Below, one piece after another: positions 13,247-21,273 of a DNA stretch of 21,273 nucleotides. A program made the translations under genes and the position numbers. The DNA is from Trichinella spiralis (taxonomy: Eukaryota). Numbering within the stretch: position 1 is the stretch's first letter; every line of letters begins with the position of its first letter. The notes beneath the pieces are model-generated. The model did not search any database and was not told the DNA's origin. It was given only the letters and a program-made list of their open reading frames with translations. The DNA lies in NCBI RefSeq assembly GCF_000181795.1, contig NW_003526948.1, forward strand, positions 1,377,444-1,398,716, read 5' to 3'.

Positions 13247-13629
13247 TCATTTCGATTAATCTCATTTCTAATATCGTTTGCCATCCAATAAAAATTGCTT
13301 AAAATAAAATTTTTTTAATTTGAAGGATTACTGTATTACAAAAATGCATTTCAAGGCACCCAAAGGCCTTACGGTTCCCGAACATGGCCTGGAGGAAATA
13401 AGACGTAATTCTTGTATAAATATTCATAGAATGGAATTTTGTTCCTTTTCATTAAGTTCACTTGTTTTATTTCGTTTCCCGTTTCTCCTACTAAAATCAC
13501 ATCATCCTGCAAGTTTTATTGCAATATCTCGGCAAATACGCTTTTATGAAACGTGCGACTAGGTTTGTTATGATTAATTTATTTTTTCTAATCAATTGAA
13601 ATCATTTTCGCAACAATTTAAAATTTTCG

Positions 13630-14096
13630 ACTTTTCAAAAAAGCAAGGCTATAGCCTTTGCTGTTTTTGCGTTTTTCGAAAGTAGGCTTTTGTCACAAAT
13701 TTCGCTTTTTTTGTTATATATTGCTAAATTGTAAAAAATTAATAGTTTCTGGAAAGTTCCACGGAAAACAAACGCGTACGTGTAGAATAAATGGCCTGTA
13801 AAGTTGCCATGTGCCTATCTTAATACACAGGGAAGCGGCCCATTTGAAAATCCGTTGAAATGGATTGACGGTGGTTGAATTTTCGTATAGGAAAGTTTTT
13901 CAACGTTATAATGATGTATTCGTTGAAGTTGCCAAGTTTTGTGCAATATTTCGTTGTTTTGCGCAAGTCGATTTTCCTTCATTTTCGGTCAAGTTCTTGA
14001 AATTTGCAACCTTTCATGCTCTTTTCACTTGGTTGTTTTTGCGAAAATCTACGAAAACTCAGTTCTTCCGTTCATTGTTACTTTTGCATTGATATT
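13630..14096 (+). repeat. More diverged copies of the roughly 345-370-bp monomer seen at 7.2-10.4 kb
   Basis: ggctatagcctttgctgtttttgcg (13647), gaataaatggcctgtaaagttg..gcctatcttaat (about 13785-13825) and acttggttgtttttgcgaaaatctacgaaaact (14027) match the monomer anchors. Confidence 0.6.
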
Positions 14097-16453
14097 GGGC
14101 TGTCCATCGCCTAAACTTTTCATTGATTAAAATTGTTCTGCTTTGATTACAATTTTTTCATTTAATTGGTCCAAATTTTTAATTACATAACAATTTATTA
14201 CGTAATCTTTGATTTCTTTTAGTGTTCTATCGGTGACGTCACCAATTTGTCAGTTAAGTTTTTTCAATGATTTTAGCTGTTTCGCTTTTAAATATATTAC
14301 TTTTCCAATTTGCACTACTAGTGATTAGTAATTGTAATATGATTTAAAAAAATTTCTGTTTTACTGACGCTTGAGCGTGTATCAATTCCTTTTGTGGATT
14401 GGCTTATGTTGGTTCCGTAATTCACAAACTGAAATTGATCATTATTTATTCCCATCATTGGAAAAGGCATCTCAGAAATACGAAACAGAAAATAGCACAA
14501 GCTAGTGAAGTGAAATAAGGAAAACTACAATTGAAGGTCTTGTTGTTTACAAATTAAATAAATATCTTTATTATGCAACAGCATTATTCTAATCAAATGA
14601 ACTGCCTAACGAAAAGATAACTGAACAAAGAGATGTTAAGTGAACATGCTTATCTGGGTCATTCATTGTTTTCCTCATTCGACACGTAATGACGTTTTAC
14701 GATGGCCGCAAAGCTAGCCTTGTCAACGAATTTGATAATGAAGAAAGCTATGCAGCGATTATCATGAGCAAAGTCAAAATTCATTTCACAGGATTTTCTG
14801 AAATTTCACTAGATCAACACAAATATGGATTAAATTTCCCCTAAGCTAGCCGAAAGCATTTTCAGTTCAATCTGTACAGCAGCTACGCTGCATCTGAGAA
14901 ATTTTTTACAGACCCTTGCATATAATGTGAAGTCAGTACATACTGCACCAAATGTTTATTAAACATTTCACGGTACCCTACAGGAGCTAGAATTTCAGTA
15001 TTTGTGAGCAGCATGATGCCATAGAAATGTGCAAGGAATAAATTCAAGCAATAATACAGCTAGTTTGGAATTTTCACAATACATGCAGCACAATATGGTT
15101 TTACAATACAATTTTACAATACATTACAATTGGCGCTGTTCATTGCTTTCTTTCTGCTTTCAAAGTGCTTCACTTTTATTTATCCATCCGAGTTTAAAAT
15201 TAAAAATACGGTTCAAAAGAAATGTCAGCCATCACTTGTCATATAAATTACCTTCTCAGCTAACAATTAAATAAGATTTATGCCTATGGTTCTTTTCTGT
15301 TTGTCAGATATTGTTCTGATGAAGGCTAGTTGAAGGCTATTGAAGTACAAAGGGAAAATCTATAATTGATAAATTATCCACAGCTGGAGTTTTCAGCTAA
15401 AACTGGGTGTGGTGATTGCTGAATTTTAGCATCGAAAGACTTTTCTGATTTTCCCTGAATGTTCTCTGAAAATGTTTCTGGTTCGCAAAAGAATTTAATC
15501 TTTCTTTCGCTCCTGTTCACAAGAGTTATTGTTTTTCTTCTTATGTTTCATTTAAAGAAAAAATAAAATCTGGAATTTTGTTTAAAATAGAAATTTGTGA
15601 TTATACATTTTGTGTAAACTGTTTTAAATTTGTTTTTCAATATCTAAGGTAAACCGACATCTAGGTTGATAAACATTCAAGTTGCAATTGTTGTATTACG
15701 ATGATAACCACTTGTTCAAAATTCCAGATCAAAACGGATCTGATGGATTTTGAAAACATTTCACCAAACAAAAGTGAAAGCAAAGAAAATTATTTTTCCT
15801 CTCACGTTATCTTCTTCTAGCACTGCATATGTTCTGGCAAAATATGATCATTGCTAATTATCATCGTCGACAAGCATAAAGCATATATTGATCTCTAATT
15901 GCCGCCCTTGACCCTTTGCAAAGCAGCTAAAGGTTATTCAAGTACAAAGGGAAAATCTGCAAGTGATAAATTTTTCAGAAGCTGAAATGAGAAAAATAAG
16001 TCGATGCTAACATTAAGCAATCACCACTCCTTGTATTGGCTGGCAGCTGCAGTTGTGCAAAATTCCGTTCTATTTTTAGATACGGATGTTTCCTGTTTAC
16101 ATCGCTTCGGATGAAGCAAACAAGCGTTGTTTCCTTCATTTCTATCCATCAGACTTGACAGTTGACTGAGAACATGCATCGGCGATGAAATTTTTTTAAA
16201 TCATATTACAAATACTAATGACTAAAAGTGCGAAGTGGAAAAGTAAATATTTAAAAGAAAAAACAGCTAAAAACAATAAAAAAATTGTATTGTCAAATTG
16301 GTGACGTCACGGATAAAACACTAAAAGAAATCAAAGATTACGTAATGAATTGTTATGTAATTTAAAATTTGGACCAATGAAATGAAAAAAATTGTAGCTA
16401 ATCAAAGCAGAACAATTTTAATCAATGAAAAGTTTAGGCAATAGAACCAGTGC
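14097..16453. mobile_element. 2.36-kb element bounded by about 260-bp terminal inverted repeats; probable decayed MULE/Mutator-like DNA transposon
   Basis: 14097-14356 is the diverged reverse complement of 16187-16453: gcctaaacttttcattgattaaaattgttctgctttgatta pairs with taatcaaagcagaacaattttaatcaatgaaaagtttaggc, and ttacgtaatctttgatttcttttagtgtt pairs with aacactaaaagaaatcaaagattacgtaa. Long G-initiated TIRs are typical of MULEs. No intact transposase ORF is present, and only a 4-bp flank match (TATT) was seen, so the superfamily is inferred. Confidence 0.72.
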
Positions 16454-16568
16454 TATTACGCCATAACTATGCAATGAGAAGCGATCCAATGAAAATCGAT
16501 TTTTTACCAACCAATGGAACATTAGCACTGAAAGTTTTACCTAGAGAGACTATCCCGTATCATTCGTC

Positions 16569-19039
16569 TGAAATACAATTAAAATTATTAATTTTAAAGT
16601 TATTATATCACGTAATTGAGATTCCAGTTTTGTTTAAATTTGAAAACAGGCCTATTTTGTTCATCGTCAGACTGTCATCTATAATAATACATTTGCATGA
16701 TAAATTTTTGTATGCTGCATTCACCTCTTTTTTAAAATTTAACGCCTTTGTATATTTAACATTAAATGAAGGAATATAATTTTTTCACAAAACTATAAAT
16801 ATGCACTTTCGGTTTCATTCCTACTCCATAATAATTTTTCTGCTGGTAAAGTGTGGTTCGACCGCTCACGATTTCACTAGACAAGACATTCCATCTTGCG
16901 GCATCCTCAACATCAGTAAATAATGTTCATCGTACCATTTCAAGCACATTCAAATTTTTATTACAGTGTCTGTTACGTGAAGATCAGGAAATCAATGAAA
17001 GCAGCTAAGAGCAACACTTCCTGCAGCAATTTTAAAAAAATTCGACTGACTGAGGCTATGAGTGAGGAGATAGTAGAGATGGTGGATCTGCGACAGAGTT
17101 GGGACCTGAAATGGAGGTTTTAGGAGGGGAAGGTGGAGAAGAGGTATTTAGTTTCAATGCGCAATTTATATAGTAATCAGAGTGGCAAGCTGCACGAATA
17201 TAACGCATCACAGTGACTGCCATTGGAACATGGGACCCAGAAATTTGTGTAGGATAAAGGAGGCCAAGTTTTTCCAAAAATAGGTGCAAGACAGGGAAGC
17301 CCTGGAAAGGAAGTGCATTTGTGGCGACAACCGGAAAACTGTATCTGTTCATCAGGTGGACCTTTTTGTGGAGCTGGCACGGGAATGTGAAGCTTGACAG
17401 AAAATCATCAGACGTCCCGTTGAGCGCAAACAAGCACAAAAGGAAAGAATCACAAACGGCAAGAAAATACGTCTGGAATTCAGGCATGAATCACACAGCA
17501 ATAAATTAAAAGTATATGAAAATCTGCACGTATTAATGTAACTGATGATAGCCGGCTTGAAAGGAACACAGCTTCAATGTTGTCAGAGAAGTAAATAAAA
17601 ATCTCATTTCACATAAATGTCGTATTTCCAGTAGACAGTTTGATCTTACATGAGAACATAAAAAAAGCAAAAATTGGAAATAAAGCAGATAAAATGAGGA
17701 AAAGTAAAAAATTTTTTATAATATTTAGTTAAAGTTTACTTCAAAAATAAAATCACGGAAAGATAATTAATAATTCAAGATACAGTAAGAAGCATTATTT
17801 AAATTGCCAAATTAATGATAAGAAGGTTACTGAGCAATACACATGTTAGCTATTATTTTATTACGGTGCTGTTCGATAAACGGTGGCGATGCGTAAACAA
17901 GGTGCAAGTACAAGATGCTACATTCAGGTGAAAATTTAATACTGAAACTTATTTTGCTGATGTTTTGCTATGAATCCATGTATATTTAAGTATTTAAGCA
18001 CTTTTCAGTTTGACGATGCGTAAGACTTGAAATACGTTTAAAGCAGAATTCTCAATTACATATAGTTGAACGTTGACGGTTTTGAACAAATCCATATTTC
18101 AATTTGCTATTTTAGGTAATCATCTAGATTTAATTGGAGAAGACGATAAAATTTTCAATTTACACTTGCTTATGGCATTCAATTTCATTCTCAACATAGC
18201 AGGTCGAATATCACCATGCGTATAGTGTTATTTATTATCGTATCATTACAGAAAAATACCGTTTTCATACAGAAATCTGTTTCAATTTAATTTTATTTTC
18301 ACTTTATGTATTTTTCTAGATTTTGCACGATGAAGACATTAGAGAAATCGAAATTTTCATTACGTTAATTATGCTTGGCGTATTGCGCAACTAGTGCTCT
18401 CAATTATTGTTTATTTTTTGTTGACATTATGTTCTAATTCATATTAGAGTAGCATATCCAACTTACGTAAGACGGTGTTTAACGCTACGTGCGCAGTGTC
18501 TGTCTTTTATGCAAATTGGGCCGTTTGAGAATTAACTTCATATTAGCAGTGCATCAGTTAAATTGACTTTGTTGACTAGCAGAAGCATCGACAGTGATGT
18601 TTGCTCGATCTATTTCTGCTTTAAATACTGAGTAAGGTGTGTTATTAGATATAGAAGAATGTTATCTTATCAAACATGGGCGTTGTCTAGTTTGAATGCA
18701 AATTTGAGTGCAATTTCAGTTTGTTTGCTTTTGAGCTTATGCGTGGCCTGCATATTATTTGTTCAATACTTGTTAATCAATAGAAATGAACTTTATGTAA
18801 ATTTTCCTGAGGCTACTATTAGTTGCTCTAGAAATTCATTTCAAATAATTGTAGGCGAACGATGTGCGGCGAATGAACAATGGCGTTTTCAATGCGATGA
18901 CAGTCGAAGAAGAGCAATAAAAACGGCTTTGTTTTTTATTTATTATAACATTATTTCATTAAATTAATTCTTCTATATTTAGATACAGAAGAATGGAAGA
19001 TAAAAGAAGACATCCAGAAGACAAGGGTAAGTTTGGTAA
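16569..19039 (+). pseudogene. Copy B of the duplicated 2.46-kb segment with the decayed multi-exon gene
   Basis: Collinear with 10776-13236. The main block reads KAAKSNTSCSNFKKIRLTEAMSEEIVEMVDLRQSWDLKWRF*EGKVEKRYLVSMRNLYSNQSGKLHEYNASQ*LPLEHGTQKFV*. Exon candidates are 18448-18466, 18583-18631, 18784-18796 and 18855-18920. Confidence 0.65.
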
Positions 19040-19206
19040 GTATAATTCTTTGAGTTAGGCTAATTAGTTAAAGTTCACTGAGGAGTTCTTGAGTCTGTAA
19101 TTTATATAAATTCGAGCTGTAAGTTATCGAGCATTTAATACAGATGTTTGTTAATTAGAGTAATTGGATGTAGATCATGAGTATTATTATAATTAATTTG
19201 AGTGGC

Positions 19207-20051
19207 NNNNNNNNNNNNNNNNNNNNNNNNNNNNNNNNNNNNNNNNNNNNNNNNNNNNNNNNNNNNNNNNNNNNNNNNNNNNNNNNNNNNNNNNNNNNNN
19301 NNNNNNNNNNNNNNNNNNNNNNNNNNNNNNNNNNNNNNNNNNNNNNNNNNNNNNNNNNNNNNNNNNNNNNNNNNNNNNNNNNNNNNNNNNNNNNNNNNNN
19401 NNNNNNNNNNNNNNNNNNNNNNNNNNNNNNNNNNNNNNNNNNNNNNNNNNNNNNNNNNNNNNNNNNNNNNNNNNNNNNNNNNNNNNNNNNNNNNNNNNNN
19501 NNNNNNNNNNNNNNNNNNNNNNNNNNNNNNNNNNNNNNNNNNNNNNNNNNNNNNNNNNNNNNNNNNNNNNNNNNNNNNNNNNNNNNNNNNNNNNNNNNNN
19601 NNNNNNNNNNNNNNNNNNNNNNNNNNNNNNNNNNNNNNNNNNNNNNNNNNNNNNNNNNNNNNNNNNNNNNNNNNNNNNNNNNNNNNNNNNNNNNNNNNNN
19701 NNNNNNNNNNNNNNNNNNNNNNNNNNNNNNNNNNNNNNNNNNNNNNNNNNNNNNNNNNNNNNNNNNNNNNNNNNNNNNNNNNNNNNNNNNNNNNNNNNNN
19801 NNNNNNNNNNNNNNNNNNNNNNNNNNNNNNNNNNNNNNNNNNNNNNNNNNNNNNNNNNNNNNNNNNNNNNNNNNNNNNNNNNNNNNNNNNNNNNNNNNNN
19901 NNNNNNNNNNNNNNNNNNNNNNNNNNNNNNNNNNNNNNNNNNNNNNNNNNNNNNNNNNNNNNNNNNNNNNNNNNNNNNNNNNNNNNNNNNNNNNNNNNNN
20001 NNNNNNNNNNNNNNNNNNNNNNNNNNNNNNNNNNNNNNNNNNNNNNNNNNN
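19207..20051. other. Assembly gap (845 N)
   Basis: Run of N. The four long X-filled ORFs in the track are artefacts of this gap. Confidence 1.
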
Positions 20052-20190
20052 TCCCAGCAATGGGATCTCAAGCAGGTTTTTTTCAGGCCGGACCGGCCCC
20101 CGCGCCGCCCCCCGCCCTCGTGCCCGTAAAGGGGGACTTCCCTCGGCGGAGTCTCCTAGTCCCGTGCTGGCCAGAGACCGGTTTCAAAGA
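20052..20190. other. GC-rich island with hairpins and a minus-strand G-quadruplex motif, probably the edge of an unassembled repeat
   Basis: It contains the hairpin TCCCA-GCAA-TGGGA (20052-20065), a T7 run (20077-20083), C-runs at 20097-20125 (GGG-N5-GGG-N1-G6-N6-G5 on the minus strand) and a hairpin ggggacttcc..ggagtctcc (about 20132-20157). This contrasts with the AT-rich window. Confidence 0.5.
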
Positions 20191-21273
20191 GATGACCCTG
20201 TCCATTTGTGTGGAAATGGACGCTGTTTGAAATCTTGTGCAATGGGATTTCAACACCTATGTGAATTCGTAAGACGTATCTGTCCTAGAGGCAGTTATGC
20301 AAATTCGCAATTGACGTAGTGCCGAGACTCTGTTTCGGTGCCAATCTAGTGGTGATCGTTACTCCCCCAAGAGGAACGGTAAGCGTCGCTATGCGTTTGT
20401 GTTATTGTCTCGCTGGCTCTGACACTTGGCCAATGATTGACATCAGATTTGCCGTCACACCTTTAACTAGTTCATTTGGCGTTGCACCTTTCATCAGTTT
20501 AGGCATCAAACATTTGAAATTAATCACCATCGAGAGTTTCCCCTTATAATCATGCTAAATAGTTTAAATTTGTTAAAAATTTATACATTAATTTATTCAT
20601 TTAGGAACTTAAATGATAAATAAAATATAATTTTCATTAATCTAATAATTGAGCAAATTCAATTTTTGTATACATGACACTGTTTTAAAGTAGAAAAGAT
20701 TATCAGTTTTTCATTTACATTTCATCTTATAAAAGGTTTAAATTGTTCATTAGTTTTATACTGATAATAATATATTTTTAGTGTAAAGCAGTTTTTTACT
20801 TTAAACAATGTAATGTCGAAGTAGATTTCTACTTTAGAACAGTGTAATGTAAACAGTTAAAAGGGTTGTAATATAGTAAACATTAAATTAGCATAATTTT
20901 ATTTATTAATTATTGGTGAATTAGCTATTGTTTGAATATAAATTTTTTACTCATAAAATGTTAATTGGAGTCCCCTTTAATTAGGTAATGGGAAAATTAA
21001 ACTTGGTATAAATGAAATAAACAATTAGCTTAGGCAAGGTGCAACGAGTTTAATCATTTTATAAATAGGAAGTAATCTTCTATAAATAGAATGTTATTAA
21101 TCCGTAACATGTAGGAAAACAATGCATTAAATATGATATTATTTTAATATGCTAATTAGAAAGTTTAAAAAGCAAGTAAATGCACCACTGATTATTTTCA
21201 CTTTTATTAGGTTAAATAACGTCACTCCTTATCATCATATTTCTGCAGTGAGAGTTTTTTAATTAAATGAATA

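Noticed and set aside
17542..17580. CTGATGA-tagccggctt-GAAA resembling a hammerhead ribozyme core
   Set aside because: Stem II is marginal, stem I cannot form, and the paralogous site at about 11713 lacks GAAA.
20085..20190. Possible HDV-like ribozyme or U1 stem-loop IV in the GC island
   Set aside because: I could not build the nested P1/P2/P3 pseudoknot, and there is no Sm site or other U1 sequence.
19155..20319. Four long ORFs (292-380 aa) in the ORF track
   Set aside because: They are artefacts of translating the 845-N gap.

Overview
AT-rich animal genomic DNA with short (about 50-110 bp) GT-AG introns. It reads like a nematode, and a Trichinella-type clade I worm is my unverified guess. 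The first 5 kb hold two convergent intron-containing genes. One is the 3' part (SH2 + kinase + tail, 7 exons, 1430-2984, +) of a Src42A/FRK/src-2-type tyrosine kinase. The other is a 3-exon minus-strand gene (4843-3640, about 361 aa) whose N-terminus follows the thioredoxin pattern but has no CxxC and whose C-terminus may be PUL-like. The remaining 16 kb is decayed repeats and duplications: a TA-flanked pogo/Tigger-type non-autonomous element, two diverged 1.26-kb tandem units built around a roughly 345-bp ancient monomer, a hAT transposase C-terminal remnant, a 2.36-kb element with about 260-bp terminal inverted repeats (MULE-like), and two diverged copies (offset about 5.8 kb) of a 2.46-kb decayed multi-exon gene with conserved micro-exons. 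There are two assembly gaps and a short GC-rich structured island after the larger gap. I found no clear new multi-gene system; the best candidates are the CxxC-less thioredoxin/PUL-like protein and the duplicated micro-exon gene.
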